Source of the DNA: a virus
Reading direction: 5' to 3' (one strand)
DNA length: 64,000 bases
Virus record (IMG/VR): IMGVR_UViG_3300006931_000002
Span: 1 to 64,000 of that record
Positions 1 to 9,600 of the stretch are shown in pieces (within the stretch, counting starts at the first letter, position 1; each line of letters opens with the position of its first letter). Under the pieces are notes generated by a model. It was not told where the DNA came from. It ran no database searches and saw only the letters and a list, made by a program, of their open reading frames with translations. Made by a program: the position numbers and the translations under genes.

Positions 1-1
1 A

Positions 2-88
2 GTCGACCAGTCCGTGGGCACCGACATGGCCGTCTTCCAACAGTCCGCGCGGACCATCCTCGACCGGTACCGCCGGGTCGCGATCTGA
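2..88 (+). CDS. C-terminal end of probable head-tail adaptor (partial)
   Basis: Open frame ending ...ARTILDRYRRVAI*, directly upstream of the tail genes. Confidence 0.45.
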   Translation, partial: VDQSVGTDMAVFQQSARTILDRYRRVAI

Positions 89-112
89 CCTGCCCAGCAT
101 TCCGGAGGCGTC

Positions 113-655
113 ATGTCCCGGGCTGCGATCCGCGCCGCCACAGCCGCCTGGTTTGGCGGGCGACCGCAGCCGACCCGGCCGTCCATGTTCCGCGACTCCC
201 CCGTCCAGTTCCTGTCCACCCTGTGGACGTCCGGACCGCGTGAGGCGCAGGACGACGACTTCTGGCCACTTCCAGGCCAGATCTCCGGCGGTGTCGCCAC
301 CGTCCATCTGGTCCACTCGGCCGAAAAACGGGAAGCGTTCGGCGGCGGCGGCACGTTCGGTATCCCGCCTGCCGGCCAGAAACGGATCGACCACACGGTC
401 TACCTGGAGACCTATTTTCGGTCCCGCCAGCAACGCGTCGAGGATGCGATCGACGATTTCGACACCTTTCTCGACTCGCTGACCCAGCGGATACGCGCGG
501 ACCGCACCTGGGGTACGGGCGGCCGTGGTTTCGATGAGATCTGGCAGGCCGGTGAGGATGTCGAACTCACCCCCGGTGAGCCGGAGCTGAAAGACAACCG
601 GCTGTACGTCGAGGTTGCGGTTGTCACCACCGTCACCGAATGGGTTTTGTCCTAG
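113..655 (+). CDS. Probable tail terminator/completion protein
   Basis: GGAGG RBS; 180 aa; lies just before the tail tube gene; DFDTFLDSLTQRIRADRTWG resembles actinophage tail terminators. Confidence 0.55.
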   Translation: MSRAAIRAATAAWFGGRPQPTRPSMFRDSPVQFLSTLWTSGPREAQDDDFWPLPGQISGGVATVHLVHSAEKREAFGGGGTFGIPPAGQKRIDHTVYLETYFRSRQQRVEDAIDDFDTFLDSLTQRIRADRTWGTGGRGFDEIWQAGEDVELTPGEPELKDNRLYVEVAVVTTVTEWVLS

Positions 656-692
656 CCCACATTCTACCCGCCTTTCCGGCTGGGGGTTTTGC

Positions 693-884
693 ATGCCCGC
701 GTTTACTTTCTCCCCGGCCGACGGGCAGGCCCGCTACTACGCGGACCGGGCCGTCGAATTCCAGCCCGGCGACGTCGCCGACTGGGACGAGCCGCCCGAT
801 TCGCACTGGATGCCATCCGATTCCCCGCCCGTCACCACCGAGCCGGCCTCGGTGCGAAAGAAGTCAGGTGGTGACGCCCGATGA
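693..884 (+). CDS. Small hypothetical virion-module protein
   Basis: ATG at 693; stop overlaps the tube gene start (ATGA). Confidence 0.5.
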   Translation: MPAFTFSPADGQARYYADRAVEFQPGDVADWDEPPDSHWMPSDSPPVTTEPASVRKKSGGDAR

Positions 885-2104
885 CCGCCGCGCCGGCTCA
901 GGCAACCAATCTCTCCTATCTGGGTCTCGGCCTGGACAAGTACCGGGCGGTGTTGACCGCCAGCGCCTCGGCGTCGGCGACGTCGCTGACCGTCTCCGAC
1001 ACGACCTCATGGCCGGGCACCGGGTACATCACCATCTACGACGCCACGTCGGGTGGGACGACCACGGAGACGGTGGCCTACAGTGCCGCGTCCGGCGGGT
1101 CGATCACCTGCTCGGCGACCGCATCCGCCCACACGGCGGGCAATCTGGTTGTCGTCACCGCCGCCGCAGCGGCACCGACGGCGTACATCCCGGTGAAGAC
1201 CTTCGAGCCGTTCGACAACTTGACCATTTTGGAGGACACGGGCTACCGCGGCTCCGAGGTCACCCAGTACGGCGCGGTCGCGGGCGTCATTCACGGCGAA
1301 TACTCGACCTCGGGTGACGTGTTCCCCGAGTCGATCGGCTACTGGCTGGGCGCGATGCTCGGCGACTATGCGGTGACCGGCGGCAGCGCGCCGTACTCCC
1401 ACAAGTTCGCGATCAAGAACAATGCGGGGAACTACGGCGGAGGACAGCCCGAAAGCCTCACGATCGTCGACTTCTCCGGCCTCACCGGCACCTCGTCGAA
1501 CAAGGCGCGCGCCTACCCCGGCTGTGTCGTCTCCGAACTCACCATCACCTGGTCCAGCGAAGCGCTGCTCACCTACACGGCGAAGCTCACCGGCTGGCCG
1601 TCCGGCGTCATCGCCAAGCCCGCCTCGTCGTGGACCGGTGTTTCCGTTCCCACCCCCTCGTGGACCGGCACCACCTCCATCGGTGGCACCCCGGTTCTCT
1701 ACGTCGCCTCGGGCGAGTTGCAGCTCAAGCGCGACGTCAAGGTCCTGACCACCGTTGACGGTGTGCAGGTGCCCTACGGGGTGTGGCTCGGCCCGCTGAC
1801 CGCCACCGGCAAGATGACGTTCGTCGCTGCGGATGAAACCGAACTGCTGCGCTATTTGAACGTCACCAACCCGTCGTTGGCGGTCAATTTCGAGACCGGT
1901 TCGGGTGGCTCGCTCGTGGGCCTGGACATCGCCATGCATTCGGTCAACTACCACGGCACCAAGGTCACGCGCGGCCAGACCTACACCATGGTCGAAACCG
2001 ACTACACGGCGCTCGGAAACACCACAGATGTGGGCGCTTCGGGTGGATACGGCCTTGTGACCCTAACGGCGAAAAACAGCATCTCAAGCGCCACTTACCA
2101 GTGA
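881..2104 (+). CDS. Major tail tube protein
   Basis: 407 aa, T/S/G-rich; APTAYIPV and RAYPGCVVSELTITW motifs; precedes chaperone and tape measure. Confidence 0.8.
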   Translation: MTAAPAQATNLSYLGLGLDKYRAVLTASASASATSLTVSDTTSWPGTGYITIYDATSGGTTTETVAYSAASGGSITCSATASAHTAGNLVVVTAAAAAPTAYIPVKTFEPFDNLTILEDTGYRGSEVTQYGAVAGVIHGEYSTSGDVFPESIGYWLGAMLGDYAVTGGSAPYSHKFAIKNNAGNYGGGQPESLTIVDFSGLTGTSSNKARAYPGCVVSELTITWSSEALLTYTAKLTGWPSGVIAKPASSWTGVSVPTPSWTGTTSIGGTPVLYVASGELQLKRDVKVLTTVDGVQVPYGVWLGPLTATGKMTFVAADETELLRYLNVTNPSLAVNFETGSGGSLVGLDIAMHSVNYHGTKVTRGQTYTMVETDYTALGNTTDVGASGGYGLVTLTAKNSISSATYQ

Positions 2105-2117
2105 CCGTCCTCTGACT

Positions 2118-2153
2118 CCCGCCCCCGGTGTCGGCGGTCGCGCCGGGGGCGGG
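2118..2153 (+). terminator. GC-rich hairpin after the tube gene
   Basis: CCCGCCCCCGG ... CCGGGGGCGGG inverted repeat. Confidence 0.5.
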
Positions 2154-2181
2154 TCTCGACCGCCAGACCGCGAGGAGCCCC

Positions 2182-2616
2182 ATGTCCACCACCCCGAAAA
2201 CCCAGACCGTCCGCATAGACCTGCCCGACACTGACGACTACGGCCCCGGCCAGTGGGCCGAGATCCGCAACCCGACGAAGGTCACCAAGGGTGACCGGGA
2301 CGAGCTGCGGATCGCGAGCTTCAAGTCGATCGAACTCGACGACAACGGCAAGGTCGCCAACGTCGGTGTCGCGTCGGTCGCCTCGTTCGACGCGCTACTC
2401 CGCCACTGGGTGATCGCCTGGTCCCTGACCCGGCCCGACGGCACGCCACTCCCCGTCCCGGCCGATCTGCCCGAGGACGAGTTGGACGGCCTCGACATCG
2501 ACATCGTCGACGCGTTGGAAACCGCGCTGACCCCCGTACTCGACAAGATCAACGGCCGGCGGGATACCAAGCCGTCTGCCGACCCGCAGTCCCCTTCCGT
2601 GCCCTCAGCCGCCTGA
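2182..2616 (+). CDS. Tail assembly chaperone (G-like)
   Basis: GAGGAG RBS; HWVIAWSLTRPDGTPLPVP; between tube and tape measure genes. Confidence 0.75.
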   Translation: MSTTPKTQTVRIDLPDTDDYGPGQWAEIRNPTKVTKGDRDELRIASFKSIELDDNGKVANVGVASVASFDALLRHWVIAWSLTRPDGTPLPVPADLPEDELDGLDIDIVDALETALTPVLDKINGRRDTKPSADPQSPSVPSAA

Positions 2617-2861
2617 GTCAGATCGCTGAGGGCTACGAACTCCGCGACAGTCAGGCGCCGCTACCCGACTGGATCGCCGACGCCCAGCTCTATAGCTGGT
2701 ACGCGGAACGCTGGCACTGGCCCCCGGATGTCGTCGACGGGCTACCACTCCCTCTCGCCGATGACTGGCCGCTCATCATGAAGGCCGTCGACGACGGCCG
2801 GCAGCGCAGGCAGGACCGCGAGATCCGCGACGCGGAGCAGCGAGGCAAGGCGGGCCGGTAG
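2590..2861 (+). CDS. Tail assembly chaperone -1 frameshift extension (GT-like)
   Basis: The -1 frame reads FRALSRLSQ...YAERWHWPPDVVDGLP...GKAGR*; stop abuts next ATG at 2862; no suitable start of its own. Confidence 0.65.
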
Positions 2862-3290
2862 ATGGTCATCCGCTTCGAGATGGACATCGCCCTTCTCGTC
2901 GCCGCACTTGATGACCTGGCCGAACGGGGCCAAGCCGCGGCGCTGCTCGGCGCGCAGGCCGCCGCCGCGGTCGCCGAAACTTCCGTCAAACGGCAACTGT
3001 CGCTGTACAGCCACAAGAAGGGCACCCCGACACCGTCGCCCCGGGGATCACCTCCGGCGATCGTGTCAGGCACCCTGCGCCGGTCGGTCATCAAAGAGAC
3101 CGGCCCCGGCTATGTCGACGTCGGCCCGACGGCGGTCTACGCACGCATCCAGGAACTGGGCGGCGAGACCGGCCGGCGTGGAGCAACGACGCTGCCGCCG
3201 CGGCCCTATGTGCAGCCCGCCTATGAGATGTCGCTTCCCGCAATGCAGACGGCCGCGCTAGCGGCAATCAGGTATGCGCTCGGATTCTAA
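2862..3290 (+). CDS. HK97 gp10-like neck/tail-completion protein
   Basis: PPAIVSGTLRRS, VGPTAVYARIQELGG, LPPRPYVQPA motifs. Confidence 0.75.
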   Translation: MVIRFEMDIALLVAALDDLAERGQAAALLGAQAAAAVAETSVKRQLSLYSHKKGTPTPSPRGSPPAIVSGTLRRSVIKETGPGYVDVGPTAVYARIQELGGETGRRGATTLPPRPYVQPAYEMSLPAMQTAALAAIRYALGF

Positions 3291-3305
3291 CTTGCGGGGG
3301 CTGCG

Positions 3306-6300
3306 ATGGCTTCCGGCCTCCTACCGCCCGCAGTCATACGCCTCATAGCTGATGCGGCCGAGATGGCCGCTGGGCTGCGGGAAGCCACCACTCAGATCAA
3401 GGCGGCAGCCGAGCAGGGTGCCGCGGCGGTCAAGGCCGCAGACGACTCGATGGCCCTGTCCGGCGAAGAAGCGGCAGCCAAGTGGGGTGCGGCATGGAAT
3501 GCCGAATGGGCACGTCAGGGGGCCGCTGCTGAGAAGGCGGCGCTGTCCACGCAGGTCGCCCAGCAGCGGGCACTGACTGAGGGTACCGCCGAATATGACG
3601 CTGCGATGGCCGCCCGGGTCCGGGCGACCGAGGCGGCCGCCGAGAAGGAGAAGGCCGCGCAGAGAGCCGCCTTCTCCGACATGAACGACGCGGTGAGCGC
3701 GTTCGGCCGGAAAGCCGCAATTGGGTTGGCCGGCGTTGCCGCCGCCTCCATCTACATGGCGGCCAAGTTTGACGCCTCGATGGAGCAGGTTCACACCGCC
3801 GCTGGGGCATCACAGGGCGAGGTCGACAAGCTCAAGGGTTCTGTTCTCAACCTGGCCTCGCAGACCGGGCAGGGACCTGACGCGCTGGCCGCCGGCCTGT
3901 ACCACGTCGAGTCGGCCGGTTATCGCGGCGCGCAGGCGATGGACATCCTGTCGGCCGCGGCGAAGGTCGCGACGATCGGTAACGCGAACTTGGAGGACAC
4001 CGCCCAGGCAATGATCGCCACCGTTGCCTCGGGTATCGGCGGCGTGAGGGACATGAACGACGCCGCCGCGCTCCTCAACACCACCGTCGGTATCGGCGAC
4101 ATGCGGATGTCGCAGTTGGCCAAGGCCATGGCGACCGGCATCCTGCCGACCGCCGCGACCGCCGGCCTCAAGTTCACCGACGTCGCCGCAGCGCTGGCCA
4201 CGTTGACGGACAACGCCACACCAGCCGACCAGGTGGCCACCCACCTGCGGATGACGCTCACGTTGATGGCCGCGCCCACCGACAAGGCTGCGAAGGCGCT
4301 CGCCGGGATCGGCATGTCGCAGAACCAGTTGGCGATGGACATGCGGCAGCCCAACGGCCTACTTGTCGCCGTCGAAGACCTGCGAACCCATCTGGGGGCG
4401 ATGCAGACCGACGCGCAGAAGGCTGCCGCGATGCAAACCCTGGCGGACGCGTTCGGCGGTGGCAAGACCGCCGGCAGCATCATGACGCTGATCCAGGAAC
4501 TGCCGCGTCTTCAGGACAAGTACAAGGCGCTGGGCGACTCGACGTCACGGGCAGCCGGACTCCAGGAGTCATGGAGAGCCACCCAGGGCACCTTTAAGAA
4601 CTCGCTCGACCGGCTCAAGTCCAGTGCAGAAGTGCTCGGCATCGAACTCGGCAACAAGCTGATCCCACCCCTGGAAAAAGTCATCGAGTTTTTCGCGAAA
4701 CACAAGGCTGTCGCCGAGGGCCTCGTCATCACTCTTGGCGTGCTCATGGGCCTGTCGGTTGCGATGTGGATCGCCGGCATCGTCAGCGGGATCATCGCCG
4801 CCACGGCAGCGATGATCGGATTCGACGCTGCGGCCGACGCAAACCCGATCGGCGCGTTCGTGCTCCTCGCGGAAATCGCCATTGCCGCGCTCATCGCCGC
4901 ATTCTACGAGATCCGCAAGCACTGGAAGGGTATCTCCGAGGGCTTCATTACCGCCTGGCATGCGATCGAAATCGCCTGGTTCGCTACCTGGGATGCGCTG
5001 AAAACCGCGTGGTTCGCTGTCGTTGGCGCTCTCGAAACGGCGTGGCGTGCCGTGTCGGGTGCTTTCGTCACCGCCTGGGATGCGGTTGTCGGCGCGTTGA
5101 AGGCCGCGTGGGGTGGGATCGTCACTGCCTGGGATGCGGTTGGCTCGGCTCTGTCGACCGCGTGGCATGCGACCCTGTCGGCTTTGGAAACGGCGGCGCG
5201 GCCGTTCGTCGACGCCTGGCGGGCCACCGTCGGCGGGGTCGAAACATCCTGGCACGCCGTAACTCACGCTCTCGAAACCGCAGCCCGGGTCACCTGGAAC
5301 GCGATCAAGACGGCGGCGCTCGACGCCTGGCACTTCCTAGAGCCGATCCTCAAGGGCATCGCCACGGCGATCAACTATCTGCTGCTCCCGATCCGCCTTC
5401 AGGTACTTGCCTGGGAGATCGCCTACCGGGCCATCGAAAAGGCGGTCACATGGTTCTGGCACAGCGTCCTGGAGCCGTTCGGCAAGGGTGTTGCCTCGGT
5501 CGTCACCGGCACGATTGGAACGGCGATCCGCTGGCTCGAAACCGCTTGGCGAACCGTGTGGAATGCGCTCGGAACCGCGGTCAACTGGGTGTGGAACTCG
5601 GTGCTGCTGCCCGCCTTCCATGCGATTGTCTCAGGCGTCGAAACGTTCATCATCGGTAACCTTCGCCTAGCGCAGGCGATTTGGCACACGATCTGGTCGG
5701 CGCTCGGCACGGCCGTGTCGTTCGCGTGGAACTCGGTGCTGCTGCCGACGTTTCATGCGATTGCGACAGCGTTTGATGCGGTCATCGGCTTCGGGCTGCG
5801 TCTGCTTCAGGCGACCTGGAACGCTGTCTGGGGTGCTATCCGCACGGCTTTGTCCGCGATTTGGAATGGTTTCCTGTCGCCAACGTTTCATGCGATCGCC
5901 TCGGCGTTTGACGCTGTGATCGGGTTTGGGCTGCGCGCGTTGCAGGTTACCTGGAACACGATTTGGGGTGCGATCCACACGGCCGTGTCCACGGTGTGGA
6001 ACTCGTTCTTGTCGCCGACGTTCCATGCGATCAGCGGAGCGTTTGACGCGGTGATCGGCGCAGCGTTGCGCGGGCTGAAAACGACGTGGGACACGCTGTG
6101 GGGCGGGATCAAGTCGACGGTTACCACGATCTGGGGTGTCCTCAAGCCGATCTTCGATTCGATGGGCCGGGCGATCAAGGACATCACGGGTGGTATCACG
6201 GGTATCGCCAAGGGTGTCGGCGGGTTCGTCGGCAAACTGAACAAGATCGCCCCGTTCGCTGAGGGCGGTTCCCCACCAGTCGGCCAGGCCGTCCTTGTCG

Positions 6301-6575
6301 GTGAGCGTGGCCCCGAGCTGGCCGTGTTCGGCGCCCCGGCCTACATCCACCCTGCCAACGAGACCAAGTCGATCCTCGCGGGTGGGAAGGCGTCCGGCGG
6401 ATGGGTGGGGATGCAGCCGTCGGGCTCGTGGGGCGGCGGAGGGCAGACAACGATTGTCGTCGAGGTGCCGGTGAACCTCGACGGCCAGGTCCTGTTCAAG
6501 TCAACGCAGAAACAGGCCCTTCGGTACAACAGGCGGAATCCGAGTAATGGCCTGGCGCGTGTCGCTGGGCTCTGA
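3306..6575 (+). CDS. Tape measure protein (TP901-type core)
   Basis: 1089 aa, Ala-rich; TP901-like core; Trp-periodic repeats; FAEGG...VLVGERGPEL C-terminal motif. Confidence 0.95.
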   Translation: MASGLLPPAVIRLIADAAEMAAGLREATTQIKAAAEQGAAAVKAADDSMALSGEEAAAKWGAAWNAEWARQGAAAEKAALSTQVAQQRALTEGTAEYDAAMAARVRATEAAAEKEKAAQRAAFSDMNDAVSAFGRKAAIGLAGVAAASIYMAAKFDASMEQVHTAAGASQGEVDKLKGSVLNLASQTGQGPDALAAGLYHVESAGYRGAQAMDILSAAAKVATIGNANLEDTAQAMIATVASGIGGVRDMNDAAALLNTTVGIGDMRMSQLAKAMATGILPTAATAGLKFTDVAAALATLTDNATPADQVATHLRMTLTLMAAPTDKAAKALAGIGMSQNQLAMDMRQPNGLLVAVEDLRTHLGAMQTDAQKAAAMQTLADAFGGGKTAGSIMTLIQELPRLQDKYKALGDSTSRAAGLQESWRATQGTFKNSLDRLKSSAEVLGIELGNKLIPPLEKVIEFFAKHKAVAEGLVITLGVLMGLSVAMWIAGIVSGIIAATAAMIGFDAAADANPIGAFVLLAEIAIAALIAAFYEIRKHWKGISEGFITAWHAIEIAWFATWDALKTAWFAVVGALETAWRAVSGAFVTAWDAVVGALKAAWGGIVTAWDAVGSALSTAWHATLSALETAARPFVDAWRATVGGVETSWHAVTHALETAARVTWNAIKTAALDAWHFLEPILKGIATAINYLLLPIRLQVLAWEIAYRAIEKAVTWFWHSVLEPFGKGVASVVTGTIGTAIRWLETAWRTVWNALGTAVNWVWNSVLLPAFHAIVSGVETFIIGNLRLAQAIWHTIWSALGTAVSFAWNSVLLPTFHAIATAFDAVIGFGLRLLQATWNAVWGAIRTALSAIWNGFLSPTFHAIASAFDAVIGFGLRALQVTWNTIWGAIHTAVSTVWNSFLSPTFHAISGAFDAVIGAALRGLKTTWDTLWGGIKSTVTTIWGVLKPIFDSMGRAIKDITGGITGIAKGVGGFVGKLNKIAPFAEGGSPPVGQAVLVGERGPELAVFGAPAYIHPANETKSILAGGKASGGWVGMQPSGSWGGGGQTTIVVEVPVNLDGQVLFKSTQKQALRYNRRNPSNGLARVAGL
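5592..6130 (+). repeat. Four degenerate 135-bp (45-aa) tandem repeats within the tape measure gene
   Basis: WNxxLxPxFHAI units start at 5592, 5727, 5862 and 5997. Confidence 0.85.
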
Positions 6576-6613
6576 ACGACTCTGTGCAAGGCGCGTCGGG
6601 GGCGGTGGTCGTT

Positions 6614-9600
6614 GTGGCCGTCGCCCTCGACTCGTCCAGCCCGTCTGCGGTCAGCGTGGCGACCGGCTCGGCGGTGCCCGCGTCGTTCACCGCCCCCGCA
6701 GGTGCGGTGATCGTCGTTGTTGCGGCGATGGCGGGGACCTCGACGGCGGCGGCGGTGGGCTCGTATGTCTACGACACGGCCGGGTCGAGTTGGCTGCGGC
6801 TCGGCTACCAGCCGCCGACTGCGACGACCGCGGAGACGGTCATGTGGGCGACGATTGCCAGGTCGCGGACCGCGCGGACGGTCACGGTTGTCGGAGCCGC
6901 GGACAACTCGCACGCCAAGTTTGTGCAGGTTCTTGTCTTTACCGGCGCGGATTTGTCGGCGACGTTTCCGCAGGTGGTCACAGGGGTTGGCAACCCGTCG
7001 TCGACTACCACGACTACGACCACGACCACTAGTAGTAGTGTCGGCAACTACTATGGCGGCGACACGGACGTCAACAACACGACCGCCTACCCGAATTCGG
7101 TCATCATGCCGTCGGCGTTGCCGATCCCCGCTGGAGCGGTCCGTATCCCAGCCGGCTCGAACATCGCCTCTGCCGCGTCGAGCCACGGCGCCGGGACTGT
7201 GTTCGTGTTGGATGCGGGCACCTATTCGGGCGGCTACACGGTCGTCCCCAATCCTGGCCAGCAGTTTTACGGCCAGGGCGCCGGTAAAACGATCCTGTCG
7301 AACATTCAGATTCACCGGGGAAGCTCTGCCACCACGAACATTGGCATCTTCAACCTGACGTTGCGCGATGTGGGCCCAAACACCTCGCAGCGCGGTGCGA
7401 TCGACTCGTGTTTCTCGGAGAACCAGACTGCCAGCGGCTGGCACGTGGCCAACTGTGAGATCACGAATAACTACATTGGGATTCAGCTCGGCCCGAACTT
7501 CTTGCTGGAGAACTGCACCCTGCACCACAACGGTGGCAAGGCGATTGGTGACGGCGAGCAGGGCTCGGTCATCCGGTACAACCAGTTTTTCAACAATTTG
7601 ACACCCGGGGCCAACAATTACTACGATTCGGGCGCCGACGACTCTAACGTCAAGATGGCACTCCAGACCGGTGCGACGTGGATCGGCAATCTGATCAGCC
7701 ACGGCAACCCGTCAGGACTGTCCAGTCGCACCTACGGCGGCATCGGCGGACACGGCGTCTGGCAGGACGTGAGCTGCGGCATCAACCCTGCCGACAGGAC
7801 CGGCAGCTATCCGTCGTTCGGAAACGTGTACGACAGCAACATCATCTATTCCAACTGCTCCGCCGGCATTTGTGACGAGACCGGCGGCAACAATGTTTTC
7901 AAAAACAACCTGATCGTCGGCAACGCGCACGGCGTCACCCTCGACGGATTCCGGATCTGCGGCCTCGCCATCCAAAGCTCGAACCACGACACGGTCCAGA
8001 ACAACTACATCTGGAACAACGGCGGCAACTCCGTCATCATCTACATGGATCAGTACGGTGGTGACCGTTCGGACGCCAACCGGTCGAAGAACAACTCGGT
8101 CATCGGCAACACCATCGACGTCGCCCCCATACAGCAGACAGGTCAGTGGTCCGGCGGCTCGGGAAACAACACGATCTCCGGGAACACCGTCGTCCCTGGA
8201 TTCTCCGGAGTGAAAGTTCCGACCCTGCTCGCCGGTCCCCAGGCAACCACTGGCACAGGTACCGGCGGTGGGGGTGGCACCCCGTCGGGGCCGACGGCGC
8301 TGATGGCCCAGTCGATGACCTGCACCCGCACCGGCTCCCAAATGTGGGCTGTCTACGCGGACACAGCCGGAGGCGCAGCGCCAACCCTCGACAATGGGGC
8401 GCGGTATTCGGCGATTCCCGGTGGGATGACCGGCGCGGTCCTTGACCGGACCGGCCCGTTCACCGCCGGGAACACGATGGCTATCTCGACGACCGCACCC
8501 TACGGCAACATTTCCTGGCTTGCCTTCGAGATCGTCCCCGCGGTTTCGACCGGCGGAGGCGGCGGCGGTACGGGTGGTAGTGGGATCGGCGGCGGCGGCA
8601 TCGGCGTTGTTGGGTCTACGACGTGGCCGCAGGTTGTTGTCGAGGCCGGGTTCGGCTTGGACCCGACGTCGCCCCTGACCTATCCGCCGATCATCGGCGA
8701 TTCGGCGACGTTCGCCAGGTCGATTGGCAAGTGGAAGAACTCGTCCAACGCCTATCTGATTCTTGGCCAGAATTTCGCGCCGGCGCCCTACCGGAACTGT
8801 CTGCTGGTCACCGCGCAGGCCGACGGCGACGTGACCGTCAACATGGACACCGGTGCGGGCACCATTGTGCCCGGCGTCGAGTACACGATCACGCTGCGGC
8901 TACGGTCGGGGCTCACTCCACGGTCGGGTCTTGTCGAGGCCGACTGGAAGGATGCCACCGGCTCGACGCTGATCAACTACACGCAGGTGGCGTTCACCGA
9001 TTCGGCGACCGGTTGGACGACGGTCACGGTCACGTCGACACCGGGGTCCACCGCGTCGCGGCTGGTGCTGCTCGTCGCATGGTCGGGGATGGTCGCCGGA
9101 GAACAGCACGAGGTGGCGGGTATCGAATCGTCAACGGCCTACCGCTGGACTGATATTTCCCGCTATGTGCGCGGCTTGGACTTGGCCCGGTCGTCGCGGC
9201 AGTACGAACTGGGCAGGTTCGAGGCCGGCACGGCGTCGATCGTCGTCGACAACACCGGCGGCCGGTTCGACTCGAACAACCCGGACGGCCCCTACTACCC
9301 GGATCTGGAGCCGATCGTACCAATCCGGGTCAAGGCCTTGTGGCTAGGTTCGACCTATCCGCTGTGGTCCGGGTTCGTCGAAAGGTGGCCGCAGACGTGG
9401 TCAGATCCGGCCCTGTCCGAGCCAACGATTACCTGTGTCGATTCGCTGGCAGCGCTGTCGCAGGGCACGTTGAGGACAACCTACGAGCAGGAGGTTCTGC
9501 TTGACGGGCCGGTCAGCTTCTACCCGCTGAACGAGCCGCAGTCGGCCAGCGGCGGCGGCGATGTGATCTCTGCCGGGTCGCTGGCCGTGGTGCAGTCACC

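Noticed and set aside
7000-7040. ACG/ACT/AGT microsatellite as a phase-variation tract
   Set aside because: Mixed codons for an in-frame Thr/Ser linker; triplet changes would not shift the frame
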